Under the pieces are notes generated by a model, which saw only the letters and a program-made list of their open reading frames with translations, did no database searches and was not told the origin of the DNA. Position numbers and translations under genes: made by a program. 64,000 bases of DNA from an uncultured Chloroflexia bacterium (GTDB taxonomy: Bacteria > Chloroflexota > UBA6077 > JACCZL01), in NCBI GenBank assembly GCA_963765765.1, contig CAVXYC010000010.1, positions 1 to 64,000 of the forward strand, read 5' to 3'. Below are positions 10,723-20,918 of this stretch, one piece after another. The number at the start of each line of letters is the position of its first letter. The first letter of the stretch is position 1.

Positions 10723-10752
10723 TTGACATCCCCCATGCTGCCTTCCTATCTT
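10723..10752 (+). promoter_or_regulatory. Sigma70-type promoter of DoxX gene
   Basis: TTGACA-18 nt-TATCTT, AGGAG RBS. Confidence 0.5.
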
Positions 10753-10782
10753 CGTCCCCAACAATCACATAGGAGAGCGGCA

Positions 10783-11217
10783 ATGCGAGCCTGGGAGAAC
10801 GTGAATCCCGGATGGGGTGTGGCGGCGGTCCGAATCATGGCAGCGATCATCCTCATCGGGGCGGGCTACCTCAAATTCGCCGGCGGGGTCGACAGGTTTG
10901 CCGGCTTCCTGCCCCAGCTCGGCCTCCCAGCGCCGGAGCTGCTGGGCTGGCTTATCCCGATCATGGAAGTGATCGGCGGAGTGCTGATCCTACTCGGCCT
11001 GGGCGTCCGCTGGCTCGGGCTGTACTTCGTCCTCCAGTTCCTCGTGATAACCTTCTACGTAAAGCTGCCCCGCCCCGCCCCGCTCGGGGGCTGGGACAGT
11101 ATGCGCATCGACCTGATGATGCTGGCCGCTGCGGTGATGCTGGTCCTGGCCGGGGCGGGGAAGGCCTCGCTGGACGAAATGCTGGCGAAGCGGCGAGCAG
11201 CATCAGAGCGCTTGTGA
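10783..11217 (+). CDS. DoxX family membrane protein
   Basis: Four hydrophobic segments; VRI..GYLKF, LGLPAP, EVIGGVLILLGL, GAGKASLD. Confidence 0.9.
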   Translation: MRAWENVNPGWGVAAVRIMAAIILIGAGYLKFAGGVDRFAGFLPQLGLPAPELLGWLIPIMEVIGGVLILLGLGVRWLGLYFVLQFLVITFYVKLPRPAPLGGWDSMRIDLMMLAAAVMLVLAGAGKASLDEMLAKRRAASERL

Positions 11218-11245
11218 AGGCCGTGGCGAACGTGAGGCGAGCGAT

Positions 11246-11455
11246 CTAGCGCTCGGCGACAATCCTGCCGATCAACTCGGCAGCTTCGGCGTCGTGCTCG
11301 TTCAACGCATGGGCGTAGATGCTCATGGTGATCTGCGGGCTCGCATGGCCAAGCCGGGCGGACACCGCCGTGAGCGGGAGCCCCTTCCCAAGCAATAGCG
11401 AAGCGTGCAGATGCCGCAAGCCATGAGGCGTGCACCGTGGAACCCCCGCCTGGGC
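11246..11455 (-). pseudogene. Tyrosine integrase C-terminal fragment (copy 2)
   Basis: HGLRHLHASLLL...VSARLGHASPQITMSIYAH (HxxR, LGH, catalytic Y). Confidence 0.9.
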
Positions 11456-11540
11456 GTCGGGGCGCGAAGACAAGTCATCGACATGACTCCGCGATACCAA
11501 CGCTCGATTTAAGCCTCGTTCGCCGCGGCAGTTGCTGGCC

Positions 11541-13403
11541 TCACCTCCATGGCGCGAACGCGTTGTCGACGTGGCGAAGGTGCGGGGATAGCTCCGGGAC
11601 ATGCCGCAGCAATACAGTCGACATGTCGGCGTTATCGATCCACTCGAGCCCTTCCGGCGTGTAGATGCGCGGCGTGTAGTCGACGGTGAAGAATCGGTCG
11701 CTCTTCAAGCGGCGTGATGCCATCAAGATGAAGATGCGGAACGCGGTGTCGCTGAACCCAAACCCGAACGGCTTCGGTTCGGCGAACATACCCAGCATCA
11801 GATCCACGCGCTCGAGGTCGCCGTAGACCCGCTGCAGCTCGTCAGCCCAGACCGGGTTGTCGGTCAGTTCTCCGAAGCTCCGGGCCGGCTTCAGGTGCAT
11901 CAGGCGGCGGAATTGGTTGTAACGCGGTACCCCGATCTCGCGGATACGCAAGACGTCGGTCGCCGCCAGATCCACCAGCTTCCCATCCGGGCGCTCGAAC
12001 TCCTGCAGGAACCGCGGGAAGTTGTGCAGCGTGACCGCACCCGGGTGAGACGTGCCGAAGGAGTAGAACAGGTCCGCCAACGGGACGCGATCCAGCAGCC
12101 CCAGTACGTTCGGCCCGGCGATCTCGCGGAACGTCCGCGCTTCAAGGGGACGATCACCCATAGCCGAGCGAAAGCTGTAGTCGTCCGGAATCAACGGGTG
12201 CATCCGGTAGACGGCGGTGAATTCTTCGGTCAGCGAATACGGCGCAGCGTGGTGGACGGTGGGCGAACGAGGGATGCCGGTCAGGAGGTCCTGACCGGTC
12301 CGGCCAACCAGGCGGGTGAGACGCTCCTGGAGCACCCCCCACCAGTTGGCGCGCAGCGCGAACTGAGTGGTCGGATGGCTGATGATGGCCGGTGTCCATT
12401 CGACGGTGTGGATCTTGGCCAGGACCGCGGCATTGATCAAGCGGGCGCGGTCGAAGAGATCGTCGTCTGACCAGGCCGGGTAGGCGGCGCGGAGCCTATC
12501 GCAGATGGCATTGTGCTCCCGGGCAAAGAGTGTGTGGAACAGCGCCAGCCCGACCCAGAAGCCTGGCTCCTGGCCGGCCTGCTCCAGCCCCGGGCGTGGG
12601 AGCATCCCATTTGGATCGAGTCGAAGCTTGCCCTGCTCGCCCGAGCGAACCTGAGCTTGCATCTGCGCGTTGCTGCCGTACAACTGCGACCCGTCCCACC
12701 AGTGCGTCTCGGTATTGACGTAGGTTGGCGGACCGGCACTACCGCCGGCCGCGTGGGGTCGGCCACGGTGCGTGGGATCAGCATTGGATGCTGCGGCCAC
12801 GGATCGTCCGTCCCCAGTGGCACTCGCCAGGGCTGCTCAATGTCGCCCTTGCCGTGGCTGAACCAGTCGCGCACCATGAACTGCAGCCAGGCGGCCGCCA
12901 GAACGTTCAGCGTCGTGGCCGGCTGGAACTGTTCACGGGTCAGGAGCTCGAGGCTGATCGTGCGCGGATTCGGCTCGAGGATCGCCCGGCTCCCGTTCTG
13001 GCTGGATGTACCGCAAGGGCACGTTGCGTCCGAATCGCGTCCCGGCGCTGCCCATCCGCGGGTCATCGAGGTCGTTAAAGGTCCCGTCTGCCGTGCGGGC
13101 TGTCAGATGCCGGATCCCATCCGTGGTGAGCGGCGGCTGGGCGACGGTCGGCAAGGACGACGTGTCATACAGGTTGCGCCAGCGGTACACCACCCGCAGC
13201 GCGATGATTAACAGGAGTGCCAGCGGGAGTGGCAGCTTGTCCCAGCCGATGGATTGATCGAGCGCCGCGGTTGCTCGGACGAACGGTTCAGACAGGTACG
13301 CGGGTTTTCGAGAGCGAATCTTCAACGCGCCCGCCAGGGCCAGCAGGCCCACGATGGCACTTCCTCGTCTTCCAAACATGCTCCTCATCGCCTTTCTCGC
13401 CAT
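11541..13403 (-). CDS. Animal heme peroxidase superfamily protein, fatty-acid alpha-dioxygenase-like; frameshifts near 13000 and 12750
   Basis: RTADGTFNDL, GTRFGRN, AAWLQFMVRDWFSH, THWWDGSQLYG, REHNAIC, AKIHTVEWTPA, EEFTAVYRMHPL, ASRRLKSDRFFT. Confidence 0.9.
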
Positions 13404-13751
13404 CTCTGATGACCCGTCGTGTACTTAGCAACGCTTCCGGGCGCGGCGGTGCTGCACACCGAGTAGTGGACCCGACCCACGGGCCTTTGTTCCAGCGCGC
13501 CATGATCCCTGGAGGCTTCAGGCATTGATATTCGCCTCAAGGCTACGGGGATACATCTTCCAGTGGGCGAACGGTTCCGCGTCCAGCCGCGCCTGCAGCG
13601 ACGCAAACGTCTGAAGCACCGCGGCGCTGCACGAGGCGAGGGCCAAAACTACCAGACGGCGCTGGCAGAGGGATCGTGGTCCCAGGACCGAGCCCCGGAT
13701 CACGATCTCCAATGGCAACGTTCCACGGACTGTGTCGCAAGCGGGCAGACA

Positions 13752-15817
13752 TTACTGCAGGTCTCGGGTCGTGAAGGCGCGCTTCGGCGGCTCACCGAGA
13801 ATTCGGAACAGCACTGAATTCAGCGTCGCTGGGTCGTTGTCGAAGCCACCGTGGGAGTCGCTGCGGGAGGTCGACCCGTCGCCGCCTTCGATCCCGGCCA
13901 CGACCAGGCTGGGGAGGCCGTCCACCGTCCGACTGAATAGCTCGCGCAGCTCGGCATCCCGAGTGACAAACGACTCCATCCCGAGCAGCGGCGTCTGCTG
14001 TTGCCCCTCGAAGGCGTTCGAGACCAGGTACAGGAGCGACTTGCCGTAGGGACCCACGTCGTCGTCCCGCTCGCCCACGTCGCTGAGGATGTACAGCGTC
14101 GGAACCGGACAGATTCCGTCACCGATTGGCCCGAGGAACGACTTCTTGAACTCGTCGACCCAGATCGCCGGAGCCATCAGCTGTACGCTCCGTAACGGCA
14201 CGCGAAGGTTGCGCAGTTCACTCAGGGAGTAGCTGGCATAAATGCAGCCCGCACTGTGACCGACAATGTGGAGCTCCCAGGCGGCCCGGTCGTTCTCGCC
14301 GAGTCGGCCGATCGCCGCCATGGCCTGGCGCAGAACCAGTTGCATGCCGCCCCTGTCATCCGGGTGCTCCGACGACAGACGGGCGTTCTCCTTCATCTCA
14401 CCCCAGATCGCGCTGCCCGGGCCTGCCACCGTCAGCTCGAGCGTTCGATCGCGCGCCTCCAGGAGTCCCGTCCGGAATTTGTCGAGCCAGTCCCCGGCTC
14501 GCTCGTCCACGTCGGTGAAGAAATCGCGAATCAGGCCGTTCAAGGTCTGAAGGAAATCCGTCTCCCACATGATGTGGAGAGGATAGATCTCATTCGCGAG
14601 GAGCACATCGCGAAAGGCGATGATGCGGTGGGCGACGGCGCGCTCGTCGTTCAAGCCTCCATGGAGGTACAGCAGGACCCGCTTCTTGGCCCAGTTCTTG
14701 CGTCGCCTCGGGAATGTCCCGCGTGAACAACCGCTCGAGATCCATTTCCGTCGTCCAGTAATCGCCGGTGGAGGACAGCTCGCCGTTGTTGCCAACGTCG
14801 ACGACGTAGGGGCGGATCTCGCTGAGCGGGATCACCGGGGTCGCCCGCTGGAGCCCTTCGGTGGAATCGGCCGCATCCTCGCCCTGCTGCCAGAGGTCAA
14901 CCAGTACGGGAACGCCGAGCTGCGCCACCCACACGTCGGTGGTGTGCAGCATGTAGTCCTCGTACGGGAGCAACGCGAAGCCGCCCTGGCCCCAGGCCGT
15001 GCCCCAGGAGTTCTGGATGATGAACCCCTCCCGGGTGTACCCGACGATCGCAATAGCGTGGCCGCTATCCGCCCGGCCCTGGCGTCGAATGACAGGGAGC
15101 TTTAAATCGTGATGATTGCCGTAGGAATCGAGGTACTCGATGGTGCGTGTGAGCGGTCCGGGATTCAGACCAGCCCTCATGGACCATCAATGTCGCGTAC
15201 AGGATGCCCACTTCGGCCAGCGCGGCATGCATGTCCCGGACATCCCGGTGCATAACCCGATAGAACGCCCCACCGGGGATCTTCTGGGCCTCGCCGGCGA
15301 TCTCCGCCGTGAAATGGCCGGGGCCGTGCCGATCATCGGGCCAGGTGTCGCATGTGCAGACCCCGTGGCGCACCCAGCCCTTCATGCCGCCGCGAGCAGA
15401 GGATCCCACGTACCCCTCACCCGGCCACTCATCGTAGCGACGCGCCATCTCGTAAAGCATCCGGGGACTGACTCGCCGCTCGCCAAGGCCCCGCGCCTTG
15501 AGGAGGTAGTTGATGACCGCAGCCAGGGCAAAGCCGGTACACGCGCCTTCCGAGCCCTGGTCAAGGATCTCGGGAACCGAGGAACAGTTCACGAGTTGAT
15601 CGGGTAGTGGGACCAGTCGCGGCTGGTAGAGGAAGTCCCGCGCGTCGACCCGGTCGGGCACAGCGTCAAGCGTGCGTCCTATCCGTTCGGCCGTCGACAA
15701 GATTGGCGTCGGCTCGCGTCGCTCGCTCGCCTCGGGTCGCGTCGTCTTGGGAAATGACTCATCACTGCTCGACGAGCTGAACGACTCCGGTTGCGGTTCT
15801 GGCGGTGTCGCGGTCAT
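13752..15817 (-). CDS. Papain-like C1 cysteine peptidase fused to C-terminal alpha/beta hydrolase; probably one frameshifted gene
   Basis: DQGSEGACTGFA, SPRMLY, GHAIAIVGY, QNSWG; then LYLHGGLN, HIVGHSAG, MAPA, HGGFDND. Confidence 0.82.
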
Positions 15818-16223
15818 CGCTACGTCCTTTCTCTCACTCGAGGCATTAGGCTATTGCAGCACACTAACTCTCTGAGGAAGCATCGCGGATGCCACCCCTC
15901 CCGTCTGAGTGCCGGAGTGTGTCCGTAATGGGATGGCATGTCAATAGGTACAACGGGTGATTTCCGCCTACGCAGGATTACAGGTCACGAGGATTGATAT
16001 CCGTTACAGACGAGTCGCGGGTGACGGTGTTCGATTACGGAGGCTCAAGGCAACATCATGAAGTACTGGCGACGTTTCTGACTGACGTTGAGGAGGGAGT
16101 TAGGACGTGGTGGCAGGCCCAGGGAACGACGGTGATCAATTCCACCGAGTCGAGTGAGCTCGTGGAGCCAGTTCCCTATCACATCCCGACGAGCGGCCGC
16201 CCGCGTCGGGTCCCCGCTCACTA

Positions 16224-16480
16224 GGGCGTGTCGGTAAAGTCATAGTGGGAGCCAGAGCATTGTGACCACAATCAGCCAGGCGGCCCGGTAGTGGCGGGCA
16301 AGCTTGTCGTACCGCGTGGCGATGCCGCGGTCCTGCTTGCAGCGCCCGATCAGCCGTTCGACCACGTTGCCGCGACGGTACAGCGCCCGGTCGAACGGCC
16401 CGTGTCGCGGCTCACTCGCTCACCGCGGCAGCGTGTACCGGCTGCCCCGCCGGCGCAGGACCCGACGGCGCCGGCGTAGA
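16224..16480 (-). mobile_element. IS5-family remnant (transposase C-terminus plus right end)
   Basis: FDRALYRRGNVVERLIGRCKQDRGIATRYDK...MLWL; end GGGCGTGTCGGTAAAG beside CTAG. Confidence 0.85.
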
Positions 16481-16891
16481 TTACCTCGGTCGGCGTGAAA
16501 AAGGCATGATCGCGGGGATCGCCGCGGAGGACGTTATTTCGGGCATAGTCGGCCTGTTCATAAATCCCGGCGGTGATGTGGCCGAGTGTCGCGTGATCTG
16601 AGGTTCTGGTAGCTCCCTAATTGCCGTTGCGCCATCAGCGGGTCAGGAGCAGGCTGCCCGCCATCCCTGGTTCAGAAGCGACGCATCTCGGTCGGATCAC
16701 GAATTTTCCCGGGAATGCATCATGTTCGGATACTTTGGACTTGGCCCAGCTAAGCCGTCAGCGACCAACTTAAGGTTCAGTAGATTGCCGTCGAGCCAAA
16801 CGTAAGCGAAAACCGGCGCTGCTCATCTCGCTCCTGGATGTCTTGCTCAAGCTGCACTTCCCGGCTGAGAACAAGGTAACTACCTGCGCGG

Positions 16892-18101
16892 CTAGCGGCT
16901 TGTAGGAGTCGGCGGTGGTCGCGTGCCGAGCGTTACAGCAACAGTTTGCTGCTGGCCGTCCCTCGAGACCGTGAGGTTGACCGTGTCGCCGGGTGACTTG
17001 TTGCGCTCCAAGTACGTGAGGAGATCCGCCGCCTGGTTGAGCGGCTGGCCATCCACGCCCACAATAATGTCACCACCCACGCCCACCTCGCGACTGCGAA
17101 TCTGGCGCGGTGGACCGGCGGCTCGGATACCGGCTTGTGCCGCACCACTGCCTGGTTCAACCGTCTGCACGATAAGGCCAGAGCTGACATTCAGACCAAG
17201 CTCCTGGGTAATGCTGGTTGTGATGGGAACCGTCGCCACGCCGAGATACGGGTGACCGTAGGTTCCAGTCTGGACGAGGGCAGGGACAATTCGCTTCGCG
17301 GCGTTGATTGGGATCGCGAAATTGATTCCGGCCGTCCCGCCCGAAACACCGAGGCGCGCCAACGTATTAATCCCGATGACTTCACCGTTCGCATTCAGGA
17401 GTGGACCGCCCGAGTTGCCCGGATTGATAGAGGCGTCAGTCTGCACCGCGTCGATCAAGACCCCACCGCCTTCGGGCTCGCTTACTGTTGCCCGCCTTGC
17501 GCTAATGACGCCCGTTGTTACCGTACCCTCCAGACCGAACGGGTTTCCGATGGCGATGGCCAGCTCACCGACTTTGAGCTGATCCGAATCACCCAGAGTT
17601 ACGGTCGAAAGTGAGGAGCCAGAAGGGTTTACACGGATCACGGCGAGGTCAAAAAACGGATCGCGGCCGACGAGCTGAGCGGGCACGGTGGCCCCGGTTG
17701 TAAACGTTACTTCCAGGCGATTGGCATCTTGAACAACATGATTGTTCGTAACGATGTGCCCGTCCTGGTCGATGACGAAGCCTGACCCTGTTCCCTGTTG
17801 CTGGGCGGTACCATCGTCCGGTATTGCTCTGAATCGTGCTGGTCACTGTTACCACGGCTGGCGACGCCATCTCATACACCTGTGACACTGCTGTCGGATT
17901 CGAAGCACCGGCGCTGGTTTGCAACAGCGGCGTCCTGCCTCCAGTGCTTGCCGCCGCTACCGACGGCGCCGTTCCAGCAGACGTCGGCGCCGTCGCGGCA
18001 GTGGATGATGAGGTGTCGGACTTCGGCGCGCAAGCGGCGCAGAGGCTGACTGCCAGCAGAACCGACGCGGATCTCCTTGTCAAAATGTTTGTCTGCACCA
18101 T
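16892..18101 (-). CDS. HtrA/DegP-like serine protease with PDZ domain, lipoprotein-like; frameshift near 17800
   Basis: SPAVV, DLAVI, AIGNPFGL, QTDASINPGNSGGPL, PYLGV, GDII. Confidence 0.93.
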
Positions 18102-18278
18102 GAGCTCCAAATGTCGCGGTGCCCGGCGCGAGGCAAGATCTGAGCCGCTGCATTCCGGAGCGCAGTCACCGGAAGAGCAAAGCCAACGACCGTAAATGAC
18201 CCGTCTGATCCCACCCTGGTATGGGCACGTGCTCTGCGTTGATTGGCATTAGAAATCGGTTTTGAAGCGAGGTGAGCG

Positions 18279-18929
18279 ATGCGTGTGGATTTGGGCGCCA
18301 AGGTAATGACGAGCGATGGCGAAGATGTTGGGCGAGTGAAGCACCTCGTCCTGGATCCGTCCACCACAGAGCTCCGGACCGCCGTGGTGGAGCACGGGGT
18401 TCTTAATAAGGAATCGCGCATGGTGCCAATTGCTTCGATCGCTTCTGCGACCGAAGAGGAGCTCCGGCTTGACCTTACGAAGGACGAGTACGAGCAGCTT
18501 CCGGAATTTTTCCATGGAGACTACACGGCGCCGCCACCGGGATATGCATTGCCGGTGAGTTACCCCGGTGGGGGCCTCCTGTGGCCGCTAGGCTACCCTT
18601 CATCTGCTATTGGAGAGCCTGCTCCGATAGGGAGCGAGGCGTATCAGCGGACCGAGGAGCTCCGCGAACAGAATCTAGACAATGCCGTCATTGATAAAGA
18701 CAGCGACGTCATGAGTCGAGACGGAGAGAAAATCGGCGAGGTCGAACAGTTTGAGATCGATTCGGTGACGGGTAAACCGTCACGCCTCATCGTCCGAAAA
18801 GGGTTCTTGCTAACAGAGTCGCTCGACGTTCCGCTCAGCGCCATTGCGTCAGTGGATGATGGCGCGGTGGTGTTGAATTTGAGCAAAGACGAGGCCCTGC
18901 GGATTGCTACGGCGGCTGGCGATCATTAG
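18279..18929 (+). CDS. PRC-barrel domain protein (two barrels)
   Basis: Repeated V.(T/S).DGE.(V/I)G.V motifs, each followed by V..G.L. Confidence 0.85.
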   Translation: MRVDLGAKVMTSDGEDVGRVKHLVLDPSTTELRTAVVEHGVLNKESRMVPIASIASATEEELRLDLTKDEYEQLPEFFHGDYTAPPPGYALPVSYPGGGLLWPLGYPSSAIGEPAPIGSEAYQRTEELREQNLDNAVIDKDSDVMSRDGEKIGEVEQFEIDSVTGKPSRLIVRKGFLLTESLDVPLSAIASVDDGAVVLNLSKDEALRIATAAGDH

Positions 18930-18938
18930 CTAGCTAGT

Positions 18939-18972
18939 CGACGCGGCGCGCGTCCCAAAGCGCGCCGCGTCG
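18939..18972. terminator. GC-rich hairpin between convergent genes
   Basis: CGACGCGGCGCG...CGCGCCGCGTCG. Confidence 0.55.
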
Positions 18973-18983
18973 TAGCGTTGTCA

Positions 18984-19867
18984 CTATCTCTTTTCCGGTC
19001 CCGTGGCGATCGGTGTGTCGTCCCGATTGCCCCACTCTTCCCATGAGCCGTCATAGATGCGCACGTTTGGATAGCCCAGCATCCGTAGGGTGAGGGCCGT
19101 GTGGGCAGCGCGTACCGCGCCCTGACAGTAGGTGATGATCACTTTGTCAGGCGTGGCACCAAGCTCTTCATAACGTGACCGGAGCGCTGGCGCATCCTTG
19201 AAGGTTCGATCGCCGTCCCAGTTCAGATTTTCTTGCCAGAGCGCCCAGCGTGCCCACGGAACGCGGCCACCGTGTTTGGCACGTGATTCCTCACCAGTGA
19301 ACTCGCTTAATCGTCGAACATCCAGGACCACAACGTTTGAGTCGTCACGAGCCGCGAGAACATCTCCTAGCGATGCAAACGACGCCGACTTCTGGACGAT
19401 CGAACGATAGGTGTCCACGGGCAGGCGAAGGAACCTCCGTAGTCAAGGGCCGTCCTTCGGCCCGCCACTTTACGATGCCCCCTTCAAGAGCTCGTACGTT
19501 CGTGTATCCGTATGCCTCGAGTGTGGCGATCACACGCGAGACGAAGTGTCCGCCTTCATCGTCATAGCCAACGACCATGCTCGAATCGGATATTCCCAAC
19601 GGTTCCAAGCGCCTCGCGGAGATGATCGGGTGACGGCAGCTTGAAGGTGCCTGGACGCGGTGAAGCCGGATCCACGAGCTTCTTGCTCCAGTCCAGGTGG
19701 ACAGCGCCAGGCAAATGCCCCTTGCCGTATTCCGAGAGTCCATCGCGCCCGTCGAAGTAGTAGCGACAGTCAACCAGTACGAGACCTGGATCGTTGAGAT
19801 GGTCGGCGAGCCATTCGGTGCTCACCAGGTATGACGTCTTGTTTAGCTCGCTGTAGGACGATTCCAT
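18984..19867 (-). CDS. Two-domain sulfurtransferase (rhodanese); frameshifts near 19605 and 19375
   Basis: LVSTEWL, GHLPGA, LEGG, LDVR, TYCQGAVRA, YDGSWEEW. Confidence 0.92.
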
Positions 19868-19981
19868 CGAGGGACTCCTTGTTGAAGATCTCCGACGTTA
19901 TCAGGCGCAAACGGCACGCAATCTGCAAATGGACCGTGCAGATTCGTCCAGCGGACGACATTTTCTTGGCGGAGGAGTAGT

Positions 19982-20245
19982 GTGAGCATCATCGTCTGGT
20001 TGATAGTCGGCTTAATTGCCGGTTGGCTCGCGGGAATGGCTATGGGTGGCCGTGGATTTGGGGTGCTGGGCAATATGGTGGTCGGCATCATCGGCGCATT
20101 GATCGGCGGCTTCCTCGCCAGCACGTTTCTGGGGCTGGACGTCTCCGGTTTCAGTCTCCCCAGCATTCTCGTCGCGTTCCTCGGCGCGATCGTCTTCCTG
20201 CTCATTCTTCGGTTGATCCCGGGGTCCCAACCCTTTGAACGATAG
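19982..20245 (+). CDS. GlsB/YeaQ/YmgE stress-response membrane protein
   Basis: IIVWLIVGLIAGWLA...GIIGALIGG...AFLGAIV. Confidence 0.92.
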   Translation: MSIIVWLIVGLIAGWLAGMAMGGRGFGVLGNMVVGIIGALIGGFLASTFLGLDVSGFSLPSILVAFLGAIVFLLILRLIPGSQPFER

Positions 20246-20271
20246 CGCTCACTGACGCACGTGAACGAAAG

Positions 20272-20299
20272 AAAACAGCGCCCTCAGGGCGCTGTTTTC
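20272..20299. terminator. Bidirectional intrinsic terminator
   Basis: AAAACAGCGCCC-TCA-GGGCGCTGTTTT between convergent genes. Confidence 0.8.
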
Positions 20300-20309
20300 G
20301 TGTTTGCGG

Positions 20310-20729
20310 TTAACGAGAGCGGGTGAGTCGGCCGACGGGATACATGTGCTGAATCTCGATGTCGATCACAACGCGCTGCTCCTGTAGTTGCGCCGCCTCG
20401 AACTCTTGCCAATTCGGATGAGGCTCGCCGCGGATCCCCTCGTAGATCCGTTTGAGCGTCGGGATGGGGTCTTCATCGACGATCGTCGCGGTTCCATCTA
20501 CCACCAGATAATCAGCAAAAGTTTCGCCCTGGATGGCCACAGTCACGCGCGGATCGCGACGAATGTTGGTGACTTTGACATTCGGTCCGCGGGTCGACAT
20601 TTTGATGCGCCCATCGTCATCCAGCAGATATGCCATGTTGGACATCTGCGGACGACCGTCCCGCTTCAAAGTGGCGAGCACGCCACGATGACTCCCTGCG
20701 ATGAACGCTTGGACCGGATCCTGATTCAT
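20310..20729 (-). CDS. PPOX-class (probably F420-dependent) oxidoreductase
   Basis: GVLATLKRDGRPQMS, KVTNIRRDPRV, EQRVV. Confidence 0.9.
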   Translation of the reverse strand: MNQDPVQAFIAGSHRGVLATLKRDGRPQMSNMAYLLDDDGRIKMSTRGPNVKVTNIRRDPRVTVAIQGETFADYLVVDGTATIVDEDPIPTLKRIYEGIRGEPHPNWQEFEAAQLQEQRVVIDIEIQHMYPVGRLTRSR

Positions 20730-20918
20730 AAAAATCTCCCGTTTGTGGGGATGTGAGTAACGACCATGAAGCCGAAAGCGGTGCGTAGCTGATGGCATGT
20801 CCGGTGTGGCTCGTCACGTTGGCGGAAGGGTACCACGAGCCGTCGAAGCATCGGCTCCCATGCCTGCCGCACGGTATGATCCGCCCCTGTAGCCATTGCC
20901 GAATCGAGGAGTTGTGGA

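Noticed and set aside
15994-16224. 76-aa ORF before the IS5 end
   Set aside because: No family was recognised and its stop coincides with the IS junction, so it is likely a truncated fragment
4529-16480. The two IS5 remnants as halves of one element or a composite transposon
   Set aside because: The ends share only GGCGTGT, the orientation does not bracket the region, and the transposase motifs look like different IS5 subgroups
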